From: Paragordius varius
Taxonomy: Eukaryota > Animalia > Nematomorpha
Length of the DNA stretch: 64,000 nt
Reading direction: 5' to 3'
Assembly: GCA_964247055.1 (NCBI GenBank)
Contig: OZ176054.1
Coordinates: forward strand, 2,666,001 to 2,730,000
The notes under the pieces are model-generated. The model was not told the DNA's origin. It searched no databases and saw nothing but the letters and a program-made list of their open reading frames with translations. Numbering within the stretch: position 1 is the first letter of the stretch; every line of letters begins with the position of its first letter. Both the position numbers and the translations under genes were made by a program. Positions 10,482-24,076 of this stretch are shown here, one piece after another.

Positions 10482-12865
10482 TTATAACATTAATGTAATT
10501 AATTTGGTGTGTTTATATTCATCAATCACACCTATAAAGATTCGATGAAAGAAACTGCCTTAATTTTTAATGGTCCTTACCAGAAAATTGATAATTTGGA
10601 TGTTTTTCACATATACCCAAGGTATCTTGAAAATCTTGGTGACAAAAATAGCCTTCCATGCATGTTCCCTGTTGGAGAGACCCACATGATTCATAATGTT
10701 TCTATAATAATGAAATTTTTTTAAAATTTATTATTAAAAACCTGCAGCAACATACAATTTTGATGTTAAAGTTTTCGAAGAGTGTGATAACTTTATATAA
10801 ATATTTGGATATAAACGTAAGTACCTATTAATATTTAACTGATTTTATCATACGAAAGATTGGGAATGAACAGTATATTTCATTACCATTCGATGAAATC
10901 TATATATTTATAAAAATGGAAAATGCAGGCTTTGTGATCTGGTACAGGAAAAACGGTAGACCCATTCAAATCCAAACTTCGAAAAAATATAATCATTAAT
11001 GAATGGCCCGACAATAGCTTCGCCCTTTTTTGAAATAGGCCCCCAGTTTGGGCCCATCCCGTGTGAAAAACGCATTTTTTTTAAAAACAGAAGTCCACAA
11101 AAATCGTGTCTTTGAGACAATTTTCTGGAGAACGTGTTGGACCATTCAATTTCAAATATGATTTTTGTTTACTTATTTTCGATTGCGCGGAACATACGAG
11201 TCACATTTTTGATTTAGGCCCTCTTTTTACCCGCTCCCCCCGTAAAATGCCATTTTTTTTAAAAAACAAAGTCCACAAAAATAATTTTTTAAATCGATTT
11301 TTCGCCTTAGGTATGAGACCGTAAAAATTCTATATGGATTCCACGTATTCCCTGTTGAAAGGCAAAAATTTTAGTCAGGCGTTTCTTTGATGATAGCTGC
11401 TGGGTAAGGAGCTACCCGCTAAAAACTGATTCCTCATGTAACTTTGTGATCTGTTTCCGGAAAACTGGTCAACCCAATCAAATTCAAATATCGAAAACAT
11501 ATGTGGATCATTTTATTGTCCTTTTTTTCAAATAACCCCCCCTCCAGAAGTCCGAAGGACTTCCTCGTGCTGCGTAGCAGCACGAGATTTACGCTAGTAG
11601 TATATAAAAGGTATAGAATATTATTCTAAATAACTGTTAATTATTATTAACCTATCAAGCACATCAGCTTTTCTAATACTTTTATTGTCCTTTTCTTATT
11701 ATTTTCAATAATTGAGTATATTCAAAATATCCATGTGCATTCAATAGTTGATATTCTTCAATTTTTTGTATACAAATTTAAATTTTAAACATAATTTATC
11801 CATTAAAATATATTTATTTATTTTATGCGAATAAAATAAAAATACATAAGTATAAAATTACTTTTTCCCTTTGTGGAACGCAAATTCCCTCGACCTCAGG
11901 ATAAAAACTTAAGCGATGTTTTATCTCACACATTAAATGGGATGAGCAACGTCCATTCACAAGGGAAGGCCCGCATGTTTCATTCAGTTGCTAAAATATA
12001 GTTAGTATATTATATTTATAAAAAGAGATAAATTTTGTTAAATGCTTTCGTTTGAACCGATCAAGTTTTGAACATTTGCTGTCATATTTCGTAATTTATG
12101 GAAAAATTAGCTCTGCTTAATTCTATGATTTTTCTTCATGGCAGGGGCATCTAACACAAATGGCTTCGCGGGCCGCATTTTTGATTAAAAAACGGCAGGT
12201 TAGATTTAAAATATATGCATGGGCACTGAAAAATAATTTTTTAGATTTTAATACAAAATTGTACGCAAATGCAATATAACAATTTTAGTAGTTTGTTGCC
12301 AATTTAATTTCATTGAGACTTTTAGTATTTTTTAAAATGATTTCCGAAATTCATAAGATAGACGCCCCTGCTGTATTATTTAGGTTTTCAAAAAGATGCG
12401 AAATCGATTGTAATCGTATATCGAATTCGAGGGATTATCCTTAATATCGTCTATCCCCGTTTTTTTAAAAAGGCTAATAAGAAACATTTTAATAATATTT
12501 ATTAAAATGCTATTATTCATAGCTCACTCCTCTCCCTGGTGCCATATTGACTGTAAATACTATTTACATTATTATTTTTCAAATATTTTTAGATTAACAT
12601 ATAAAAAACCGATTATAAAAAATTTAGTTAAAGAACTAATTGCTAATATATTTTGATAGTTTTGATCTGCAAATACTTTAATACAATTTATATTGAAGAA
12701 ATCTGGCCAACTTGTGTTAGAATATAATAATGTAAATGTGTTACCTTGGTACAAACATGACAGCAAAAGCAATTATCAAAGAAAAACTCTTCTGGACATT
12801 CAGCAAGTTGTCTTTCAGTAGGGCATCGATATTTCTCACAAGGTAAACATTCTGTACCGAATACA
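10482..12865 (-). CDS. IGFBP N-terminal (IB) domain protein, 5'-partial: one complete 12-Cys IB domain plus a second C-terminal half-IB exon
   Basis: Exon 12745-12865 (TACAG|, |GTAACA) VFGTECLPCEKYRCPTERQLAECPEEFFFDNCFCCHVCTK; exon 11862-11990 (TTTAG|, |GTAATT) QLNETCGPSLVNGRCSSHLMCEIKHRLSFYPEVEGICVPQREK; exon 10581-10701 (TATAG|, |GTAAGG) KHYESCGSLQQGTCMEGYFCHQDFQDTLGICEKHPNYQFS; likely terminal exon 10482-10531 GVIDEYKHTKLITLML*. Phases compatible. Start exon not found; a possible extra exon at 10756-10824 is uncertain. Confidence 0.85.
10899..11597 (+). mobile_element. Complete non-autonomous Helitron (699 bp), intronic and antisense to the IB-domain gene
   Basis: A|TCTATATATTTATAAAAATGG...CTAG|T: 5' TC, 3' CTAG, inserted between A and T, no TSD; perfect 10-bp hairpin CTCGTGCTGC-GTA-GCAGCACGAG (11564-11586) 7 nt before CTAG. 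Confidence 0.9.
12142..12370. mobile_element. hAT-type MITE (229 bp)
   Basis: TIR CAGGGGCATCTA / rc CAGGGGCGTCTA; left end similar to the 17866 element; 8-bp TSD poor (4/8). Confidence 0.6.
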
Positions 12866-15349
12866 CTGTATATATAGAGTATTTTATTTTTTAAATTATT
12901 GGCAATCTATACCAAACATAAAAATAAGTAGTTTTTGAAATGATCAGCAATATATACGTATGCGAAATAATCTAGGACAAACCTATCAAAATTTATTTAA
13001 TGTTTGTTAAAAGGCTCGAAACAGAATTCACAGTTATAAATCATTTCAAGTAGAAGTATTATAAATTAATTCTTCTAATTAATTAATTAATACTTGGAAT
13101 CGTATTTAATTAACATTGCATTCGAAAATAAAACAATTTTTGTTTCAACTATCAGTTTTTTGGTTAATATAACACCAAAAAACGATTTAAAAAAACAAAT
13201 ATTTTTTCCGTAAAATAATTTTATTTACATGCTGATATTGTATGGGCTATTAATTCACATTAATCAAATAGGCCGATATGTAAAAAAGTAAAACCCATGA
13301 AAAACATAGAGAACCGGGGACCTTTGAATTATCCGCAAACCGGGACGAACTTAAAAATTTGAGTTGAAAGTGGAATTAAAAAAAACTAAATTTTTATAAG
13401 TTATTAATCCTAATGGAATAATATGGTTATAAATTTAATTGCCATACTATAATTTACACATGTGTTAAACCATAACTTCCTTAAGGATATTAAAATTTTT
13501 TAGGTAATTCTGGCAGGAAATTTAAGCGATTTATAAAAGAAAAAAATATAGTTGTATAAGTTTAAAATAACCTTAGTTTATTCATGACAGGGTAAGGCAT
13601 CATTGTAAGGATAAAAAATAATCCTCTAAAAATGAAAGTTTTCCTATGTTTCTTTTAAATACTTGGAATATACTGATGCAGTAAAAAACAAAATATATAC
13701 TAACAAATTAAAGAATATCATAATGTTCTAATAGCTTAATATAATTTTTGACTAAAATAGTTTGTATTCAAAATATTTAACCAAAAACCAAACTATATTA
13801 CACGCAATAGACATGGCACACCGGCTCATTCTCTAAAAGAATATGGTTTTTGGCATATAAAATATTTCTATTTTTGGAAACATGCACACTCTGGTATATA
13901 TATATATACATAAACACAGAATATGAAGTATTTTTAATTTTTTATACCAATTAATCGCTCCAACAAAATCATAATTTAGTCAGTTAATTTTTTTCAGCGA
14001 GAGTGATCCAAAATATAAATAATTTATAATGTCATAAATAAAAAATCTTTTGGTAGAGTTGCAACATTCAATATAAACATCAAAATAATCCATATATGTA
14101 TAAATTTTTAATTGTTTCTTAGGCTAAATTTTTTAAAGTAATTTCCTGAAAGTTTATTGATACTTTGTTAGCTTTCTGGGTTAATGATATAACCTATACC
14201 ATTTTTTATATGATGAAAACTTATTATCTAATTTCTATGAGTTACATTTAAAAAATTATTTACCCCAGGAGTTTCCCGTTTTCATTTTAATCAGGGTTGT
14301 ACAGAATTAGTTATAAGGTTTTTTTGATGAATACATTGACAAATATTAATGTATATGCGAAAGTATGGTTGTAAATTTCCCTATTCATTAATTTAAAACA
14401 CCCTTAACGATAATAGCGATAGCCATTATATCATAATTTTAACATATCTATTCAAATTCGGAATTAAATAAAACCAATTTTTGTAACCTATTTAGAATGG
14501 CGACGCGGTTCAAAACAGGTCCGAAATACACATTTTTCAATTTTTCACTTTTTAGTCATGTTTTTAATGCATTAAAATATTTTATAAAAAATTAGCTTAC
14601 AACACCATTTTCTGTAATTATTTTTATTTTGTGTCTTTTCCCTTTAAAAAATATCACGAAAATTAAAATCATTTTTGACTAAAAATGGGGAATCGGATCG
14701 CGGCAAATTATCCTATAATTTAATTTCTGAATTTACATGTGAAGAATCTTTTATTAAATCATATATTTTTATTATCTACATATATGAATAAAATATGTGT
14801 TGACATATCAAATTATTCACTCTCTCCTTATTTTTCATATATTATTGTAGTTTATATATTTTGGTCCAAAATAAGTATCTTTAAATTTATATGTCAATAC
14901 ACCCATTTTTGCGTAATAATCATTTAAAAAATATAACATTATAAGAGATTTAAAATTATCATAAAGCGTTCGGTTTCAATCCTTATTTTGCAGTAATTAT
15001 AATCATATTTTACCTATAGGATTTTTGCTTATCGCTCTACTGTTGTTTCCTGAATCCCGATGTAAGTGTTAAATTTTTAAAGCCTTATTGGATATAACCT
15101 GAGATTTGTATGCTAAAATCTATACACTTTGATTATTATTAGGTATGAATATTAATTTAATAGGAGGTACCTATTTAATTAAATTATAATGGCACCTACG
15201 AGCCTACGATAAACTTTAAAAGAATCCACTTTTATTTTTAAGAGTGCTGATAATTATTATTTAAATAGTATTGAAAACTTAATGAAAGAAAAAAGTGTAA
15301 TATAATTTTTAAATTTTTTTCGCATTATGTTGATACGCCCATAGCGAGA

Positions 15350-15634
15350 GCTGAACCATCTAACGGGCCGAAAAAAAATTCTTTGCCTTAAGGGCCGCGC
15401 ATAAATACATGCAGTTGTTTTAAAAATGTGCAATGGGATATAAAATTCCTCAATATGTCATCGCGTACAAAAAAATGAAAATGTTAAAAAGTGTTAAATA
15501 CAAAAAAATAATAAAATTAATCAAAATTTTTCAATTATATGTGTATCTAAGAATACATTAAAAAAATTAATTTAAGTGTGAACAATTTAATGCCATAAAA
15601 AAGCACTTTTAGGGCCGCGTTTCGAGTATCACTG
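15350..15634. mobile_element. hAT-type MITE fragment
   Basis: Right end GGGCCGCGTTTCGAGTATCACTG resembles Charlie-type termini; left end not recognisable. Confidence 0.35.
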
Positions 15635-16634
15635 CTCTATGACTATAGGTTTTCAAATATTTTTGTAAAATATATATGTATAATGGTAGGCATAAACTTA
15701 GTAAGGTTAAAACATTAATACAATATGAATATAATTAAGTATAAAAAGCAGCTTAAAATACATTTACAAGTTTCATATTTATACTTGATTTTGCCCTTAA
15801 TATTAGTGATAAAAGTTTGCCTGATTTATGTTGATGTAATTTATTATGTATAGATATAATATAAAAACTTTTAATATTTCATTGGTTAAATAAAATCATT
15901 ATTAAGCAGCCTGTCTGGGTTTGATTGGTTTCCTAGATTATTATTTGTGAGTGTGTGATAGTTCTGTGTCTTGGCAATTCCGAATGTATATATTTTCATT
16001 CGAATAAAAATTTTAGTGATGACAATGTCCTTATCTATTGGTTGCAAATGTGTATCTAACCCTTGAAAGGACCGAAATAATGTTTTTTGCCAAAAATATT
16101 GGCGGTCTTTGTTTGATGGCACTATGGTAGGCAGAACAATAAAGGACTTGTTTAATTATTTTATCCGTAGGTATTTAAAATTTGAAAGCGATTTATAATG
16201 TGTCCTATGGTGCAAAAACGTTCGGATAACTCATTTGTTTGCGCATGTTAGGGGATGTGTACATGTTTGGTATTTGCCAGTTGTGAGTAATCATTAAAGT
16301 CTTACAAAATATTGCAATATATGCAATATGCGCGGAAACCCGTATCGAACACAGATATTAACCAATTGAGTTATATGATCATTTCACTTCTACTCACCTT
16401 TATCTAATATTGACCGGCCGAGCAAAAATACATCAATGGGACCCATATAAAGTTATATATTTTCCCATATACCCCTTTCGGAATCTAAAATTATGATTGG
16501 ATATCTGTTTAATTTATATTAGACAAGAGTCAACAAAATTTTCTCATAGTCTTCAAACTATTTCATTATGTTGATCTCGTAATGTTCGGAAAACTGTGAT
16601 TGCACAGAGCCCTAATATAATAATTGCCCCAATT

Positions 16635-16900
16635 CAGCAATACGTACGACTTAGGGATTTTATTCTTATGAATAGCGGATAAAAGAGAAGCCACCAATCT
16701 TTAGTCGCTTTAATCGACATCAAAAAATCATATAGCAGAGTAATTTTATTTCTCTTCAAATTTAACATATTCTTAGACAGATATATAAAATTTGTGCTAG
16801 TCGACAATTGCGCGCTGCTTAATACGGAAGTCTCGAAACCAACTCCAATTTTTTTCAAATCTATAAATGTTTATTAAAATTGTAATGGGTGGATTTATGT
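16635..16900 (+). pseudogene. Possible highly decayed non-LTR reverse transcriptase fragment
   Basis: LRDFILMNSG*KRSHQSLVALIDIKKSYSRV...DRYIKFV resembles the LINE RT motif (M/L)VFIDxxKA(Y/F)DxV; in-frame stop; rest poorly conserved. Confidence 0.3.
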
Positions 16901-17865
16901 AAAAAATATTCAGATCTCCTTTATAGCCATAGAAATTTAATCCAGTTAAACCACAAATTTTCTGCCAGAAATTATTTTAAACTTTTCTAATGCATATGAA
17001 ATAGCATCTACCCCTTTCCTGTCCCTACGATTCTCCGTATCCGGTTGGTATTTTGGGCTCCCTAAATGCTAAAATTCTAAATACTAAATTTTATTCATTA
17101 TAAAAATAGGCTGAAACTTAGGTTTTATGTTAATAATTTTATATTGAAAACATTGTGCATTTATATATCCCTCTCTATATACATAATAAAAAGTATAGAA
17201 TCGCTTTACCAACAATCATTTACACCTTTTCATGCTTTCAAGCTTTTACAATATTTCAAAAATTATTTAAAATTACAATTTATTATAAACAAAAACGTTT
17301 ACACTTCATATTCGATAAACAGAAGAATTAGACGAACAAAATATAAATTTTCAATCTAAATCAATGGTCAAACCGCGGGCCACGGACCACAAGCCGCCCT
17401 GAAAGTACTTTCAATCCACTACAGGTTCATTTCATTGTTCAATGATTGTTTAAACATATAGCTGGTAAAATTTAATTGATTTCCATTATTTATTTTTTAG
17501 TGTTTTTGAAATATCAGTTTAAATGTTTTCAATTTTGGTAATTTGCTATCCCATATATAAATTTATTTTGTGAGAAGATTTTCCAGTTTTTTCTTGATAA
17601 ACCTACCGGAAATGGTAGAATTTATTTAATAATGGTTTCAATTTTTTAATTATAAATTCAATAATCAATATCAAATCATAGATCAGTTAAAAATTTCAGC
17701 TTATCAATTTATCATGATCTGGATGCATTAAAAACATGTCAAAAATTATCGTTATCAATATTATTACGTTTAAGAATTGCAATATTTTTGTATATAGATT
17801 TTATGATTTTTTACCACAGTAAACACTATTCAGATTTTATAATGACAACTAACGAGTATCTAAAA

Positions 17866-18122
17866 CAGGGGTGTCTAACACAAATGGTTACGCAGCCGCG
17901 ATTAGTGGGCCGCATTCACAAAAAACATGGGCATTAACAAAAAATTTAATAAATTAAACATAAGATTGTAAAAACTACTAGTTATTGTATTATTTTTTTC
18001 TAGTTCTTTGCTAAATTCAGAAAACTTGTTTAAAAAAATTATACATAGATTTTGTAAATATTTCTCGCGGGCGTCAAACAAATTTCGAAGGGCCACATGG
18101 GGCCGCGTGTTGGCTACCCTTG
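17866..18122. mobile_element. hAT (Charlie-like) MITE, 257 bp
   Basis: Termini CAGGGGTGTCTAACAC / GTGTTGGCTACCCTTG; 8-bp TSD ATCTAAAA / ATCTGAAA (7/8). Confidence 0.75.
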
Positions 18123-21100
18123 ATCTGAAATTATTACCAATGAAAAATACCACACATAATAAATATTTTTTAGAACATAATTCCATATTTATGAAATATT
18201 TGTCCCTATTTACAATTGGTTGTTTCTCTAATATCGGAATCAATAAAAAACTTGCTTTCTATAAAATATATAATCTCAAAACCTATTATTCTTTCATTGT
18301 ATTAAAACGCAGTTTTGCGCTTTTAATATGAGTTTAATTCCGTAATTAAAACGGTTGACGATATTAACCACACCCAGTTAGAGAATTAATCATAGTATCG
18401 AAAATCTTCTAAAAAAATCATTATGAAGTATTACAAACAGACTAAAATCAATACAAATCTTGCAGTCAGAATAAATAATCATTTCGTTAATCCTATATTT
18501 TTCGCTAGAAAAAATAATTTTAAAAGGAGATTTTATCAATAAAATATTCATAAATTTTCCATTAACCGACTATTAATAATATATGGAAATTCCTAATGGA
18601 ATGATCTTAGTTAAGTTATATACACAATGGATACAAAAATACTGATGAAATACATTTATTGTGAGAGGAAAATGAAACAGGATTATCAAGGTGCTTTTGG
18701 TTTTTCTTACGAGTGATTTAAGAGTTATTTACACTTTTGTTGTAACTGTTCTAAAATAATTTGGAGAAATTTTTTTAGATAAAGTTTAATGCTTGATTCG
18801 AAAAAATACTAAAATAAATTATAAACTACATATAAAAACAAAAATGTTTTTTTTATTAAATTTTAATTTTTAGATCTGGGCTCTGAAAGTGCCTTATATT
18901 TAAATACGTGCAAAATATGCAAGTTCGTTTAAAATAACCGAGATTGTACAAACTTTTAAATAATGCTAAATTTTGACGTCAAAAAAGGTTTTTTAAAAAA
19001 ATGGATATTTGCTAAAAAATATAATTTATAGCAAAATTTTGTCAAAGCGTACATCACACTATCTTGACGCATGATGGATCAGTATAAAAAGAATTTAAAT
19101 ATTATAAAAATACTTTTTCCATATAATTTGATAATGCCGAGCATTTCTCTCACAGAAATTTTAAAATTATTTTTATGTTAAATATTTGTGTTTAATTATT
19201 TAACCAATTTAAACTTCAATTTTAAATGAAAATTTTGAAGCGATAGAAATGAGCATCATCATTAATAACTTAAAGCGTTTTCATAACGTTCCATGATGCC
19301 TAAAAATAGATAGAAGCATGCTCCAACAAAATTATGCTAAAAATTAAATTTTTGAAAAAAGTAAACATTTGTTAAAATATATTTTTAGTTTATGTTAAGG
19401 TACAGCATATATTTAACATTCTTGTCGCGCATCGCGTAATTGTTTATATATATTTTTTGGAATAGCGAAATAATTTGGAACTTTTGGAACTCACATCTAA
19501 ATATTTAAAATTTCTAAAATGTTATTTTGCTTCTTATTATATGCATTTATAATATATTTTGGTGATATTTATTAAAATGAAGCATTTAGCCATCGTTTTT
19601 AAAATAATGTGACCAAATTTTCTCATTTTCTGATATGGAGGACTTACCACAAAAGTGTAAATAACTTCTTTCAATCCTGATACATTTTCCTATCACACTA
19701 TATGTATTTTATTATGATATATATTTTGTGAACACTATGTAAAGACAAACGAAATAATGTTAGAATTAATCACCCATATAACTTTTCTCCTTAAATTTTG
19801 CGGTAAAAGGGATAAGTTGATTATGCTGAATATGTTAATTGATTGAACCCTTTTTTTGATGGTGTTTTACAATATAATTTCGGGTGGTACTCTAAATTGG
19901 TTTGACGGGCCATTAAAATATTTTTTTAAGGGCCGTGCGCCACATAATTTCAAAATTGTATGGATTTGCCAGACCTGCAGATATTTATACACTAAATCAG
20001 TATGAGATTTTTTGAGGTTCGCATATTCTTCATAGCTAAAATGTCTCTTTCCCATTAAGTTGTAATAATATAAATATTTTGATATAAAATTTATCAATCA
20101 TATAATATAAATTTTATGAAATGCATTCTAATACGTCGTCTATATGGACTATCAAGCGATCTTAAATGATTCGTTTATGAGTATGATAAGTCGTATGTTT
20201 AAGTTGAGGGAAAGTAAAAATAACTTATTTTTTCCATATAAAACGACTCATGAAGAAATGGATATTACTAATAAAATCAACCCAATATTAGATAATTTTC
20301 ATCTAACGAAATGAAACTTCATTCAGAATATATGAAATAGCGTTAAAAATTCATGGCCTATCAACATACCTAATATTACGCCACTTGTGCAATTCGGTTT
20401 TGCTCACATCGATTTTTAAATTATTTCAATTTAGAAACTATATAGAAACCGAAAAAAGAATGTGTTATTTCGAATTTCGGCAGGATGTGCCAAATAAATA
20501 TCTAAATATAAAATAATACAAGTTATTCTTGCTGTTTTACCTTAACTAACACCTGCGAGTCGGCACATTCATAAACGAATTTCCATTTAGATATCGCTTC
20601 ATATCCCATATAGACGACAAGATTGACATGTCATATGTGATATCTTGGTTAAATATTGATATTTAATATTGAAATATGTCTAATTATGTGATGCATAACA
20701 ATTAATAAACGAATTATTTTCATACATTTAACTAATGGCACAAATGACATTACTGCAAAATATATGCGAATCTTAAAAAATCTAATGTCCTGATTTAATG
20801 TATAAATAACTTTGTGCTACAAAAAACTATAGGAATTTCTGGTATTATGTGGTGTGCGACCCTTAAGAAATTAAAATAGTTGCTAGCTCTCAAAATAATT
20901 CGGTAAGCCCCACTGATCTAGGTTATGTTGTAAAACAGCATAAAAAATATGTTTAAACAGTTAAAAAACTCAGCATTAATCAACTGTTCAGCTTGGCTCC
21001 TTATACTGAGAAATTCGAGGAGCAAAATTGAATGGTTATTTAGTGATAAAATTAATTTGTTATCTTTACCTTAAATATGTAGGATAAATTGTGTTGAATA

Positions 21101-23181
21101 TCTTTTAGCATTTGAATTAAAGGAAACTCGATATTTTACCAATACTATTGATCGCCACAATTTATTAGTATAAGGAGTAAAGTTGAATGGCTGATTAATG
21201 ATGAACTCAAATTGCTAGCTGTATCTCAAATAAAGTATTGAAATCAGTAGGATAAAGGACTGTTATTATATTGAACATCGCTAATTATTAAGTCGAATAA
21301 ATTCGATTGATGCCGATACCCTTGACCGCCTCAACTCGGAGAAAAGTTGAATGGTTGATTATGTTGAATATGTTAACCTTTTAAACCCCTTTTTTATGTT
21401 GTTTTACAACATATAGATCCCTGGCAGTCACCAATTTATTTTAACTAAAATATTTTTTGTCTTGGGCGTAGCAGATAATATCCAAATTGCCTAAGTCTTA
21501 GCGAGTAGTACACCGAGATTTTTTGAGTGTTGTATATATCATGTAAAATGGCTCTTTTGCCATTTAATTTGATGAAGTTAAATATTTTTATTATAAAATT
21601 TATTATCAAATACACAACCAAACATATTCTAATATTAGACCTTAAAAAGAACTAATCTGGTTTAATACTATGAGTTAATCTTAATCTATATAAGGTATCA
21701 TACGATTTCTAAACGGAATTATTTTATGAATATGCCGACTCGCATGTGGAGATTTAGGGAAAACAGTAAGAAAACCTCATTCATAAATTCTCAGTTACCA
21801 CTCATGAAGAAAATATGGAAATTACTAATGGAATAAACCTAATATTAGGTTATTTTAATCTTATGAGTAATACTTATAATCCAAGATTTAAGAAATAACG
21901 TTGAAAATTCATGGCGCCTGCACATGCCAAATTTTATGCAAAATGTGCAAATCGCTTTTATTTATGGATATCTTGTAAATTCATCGATCTGAATATTTTA
22001 ATTTTGAAGTTATATATAAAACCGTAAACAAGAATGGTATATTGAGTTTAAGGCAAGATAAGCCAATTAAATATGTAAAACATAAGTTATTTTTATTGTT
22101 TTCCTTCAATTTACACATGCAAGTCAGCATATTTATAAATGAATTCCCATTGGAGATCGCCCAATACTCCATATAAACGACATATTGAGATTAGACTGGA
22201 ATGATGTTAAGCCATGTTATGTGATAGCTAATAAATTTAAAAATCAAAATATTTATATTTATCAAACTAAACGACACAAGACACATTTTAACTGTAAATT
22301 ATATTCAACGCTCAAATTCCGGTGTGATTTAATCTTAAATATCTGCGTGCTTGACAAAGAGTTATCCATTTTTTGGAACTATGTTGTGCACGGCCCTAAG
22401 ACAAAAAAAGTTTAAGTTAGCCCGTTGAATTAATTTGGTGACCACCACTGATCTAAATTATGTTGTATTATAAGGCATAAAAAAGGGGTTTAATAATTTA
22501 ACATAATCAGCATTTTCAACCATTCAACTTTAGCCCATACAAAGATTTGGGGTGTACAACAGTATTATTATGAAATCAAGTTTCAAACTTGATTTTTATG
22601 ATATTCAATACAATTACACTCATTCTTTTAGTGATTTTAATGCTGCGTTCAAAATCGGGTATAAATATCCTAATGAAATATATTTTGATAGGAAAATGTA
22701 TGATATAATAGTGCTTTTGGCGCTTACAAATGATTTAGGAAGTTTTTTACACTTTTAAGGCAATTGCGCCATATCCAAAATGGCGACATTTGCGCACATT
22801 TGTTCAATAAATTGACTAAACATTCCATAAAATACATATAAAAACCATTTTGGATGTGAGAAAGTCTCAAATTGTTTTGCCCTCTAACATGGGCCAGTTT
22901 GCTTCACATAAACGCAAAAATGCCGACCGAGATTATGCGATAATTTTATTTATCTCAAAAAAATTCCGAAAAAATGGATTGTTTGCTAAAAATTGAATAG
23001 AAAATTTTTATCAAAGCATAATTCACACTATCCAGGGACATGGATACTATATAAAAAGGAATTAAAATGTTATAAAAATGTTCTTTTGTTAATAATTGGA
23101 TCCGAACATTTCTCTCACCGCAAAAATTTTATTAAAAAAACTTTCGTATAATATATGTTAAATAAAATTGTTGTTATTTAG

Positions 23182-23741
23182 CACTTGGATACAACACATT
23201 CATTTCAGTCCTTCGATTGAAATTGGGGTGGTTGGATATTTGAGGCCTGTTTAAAATTTAATAATTCAAAAGGTATAGAAGTGATTGAAACGAAGGTATT
23301 AGTTTGCACTCATATAGCATTAAATAACCGAAATATAAACAAATTTCTTTCAAAAATACTTAATGTTACTTAATTTAAGGGGACAAAGGTAAAAATTGAG
23401 CCAAAATGACATTGCATAAGTTAAGTATAAAAACAATTTAAAATCTAATATTTTTTTGTTTAAATCAATATTAGATGTGATTTTAATAAAAAATTAACAT
23501 TAATTTTAGCGTTAGAATCAAATAAACACATTTTTTTTCAAAAATGTTATAAAGTGAAATGGCGAATTAATTTGATATGGAACCTTTTTTTTCAAAACTA
23601 AATTTCATTTAGATATTTTGGCTTATTTATATAATTTTTATTGCGACAGAAGCATAATTTTAATTGGGACCGTTGGTGGTTTTTTTTAAATATCAACTTA
23701 AATATAGTCTGGGGTGTTTAGATACCCCAATTTGAATCGTG
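23182..23741. mobile_element. piggyBac-like MITE copy 1 (in array C1 spacer)
   Basis: CACTTGGATACAACAC...CCCCAATTTGAATCGTG|TTAA; homologous to 35933 and 59507 copies; left flank TTAG. Confidence 0.75.
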
Positions 23742-24076
23742 TTAATTTAAATTTGAAAGCAAATTCTGTAGAGATAGCAATGTTCAGCGTTATTTAAGTA
23801 TATGAAAAAGTCTTTCTAATATCTTATGGCGTTTTTTTACCGTTTCCATCATGCGTCAAGATAGTATGAAGCACGCTCCAACAAAATTTTGCTATAAATT
23901 AAATTTTTGAATAAAGTATGCATTTTTTTAAATTCAGTTTATTTAATATTTTTATGTCGAAATCGGCATTTTTCTGTTCATTTTAAGAAAACTAGCCCAT
24001 TTTAGAAGAGCGGAAAATTTTGAGACGTAGTTCACATCTAAAAATTAAAATTTTATAAAAATATTGTTTTGCTTTA

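Noticed and set aside
10509-10724. Plus-strand 71-aa ORF
   Set aside because: Antisense shadow of the Cys-rich minus-strand exon 10581-10701, which has good splice sites.
10908-11324. Recurrent ORFs (MSQRHDFCG..., MVQHV..., also 31717-32104, 33364-33653, 37406-38362)
   Set aside because: All lie in non-autonomous Helitron copies, differ in frame and stops between copies, and show no Rep/helicase motifs.
10853-11625. Frame open across the Helitron insertion site with phase-compatible splice sites (Helitron interrupting an exon)
   Set aside because: The 24-codon peptide resembles nothing in IB proteins and could be chance; needs RNA data or an empty allele.
14993-15061. Possible 27-nt intron plus small plus-strand exon with GTAAGT donor
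   Set aside because: No open upstream frame or further exons found, so it cannot support a second ultra-short intron.
15886-16400. Peptides faintly like hAT motifs (LFDGTMVG..., ITHLFAHV)
   Set aside because: Spacing does not fit and similarity is too low to call by eye.
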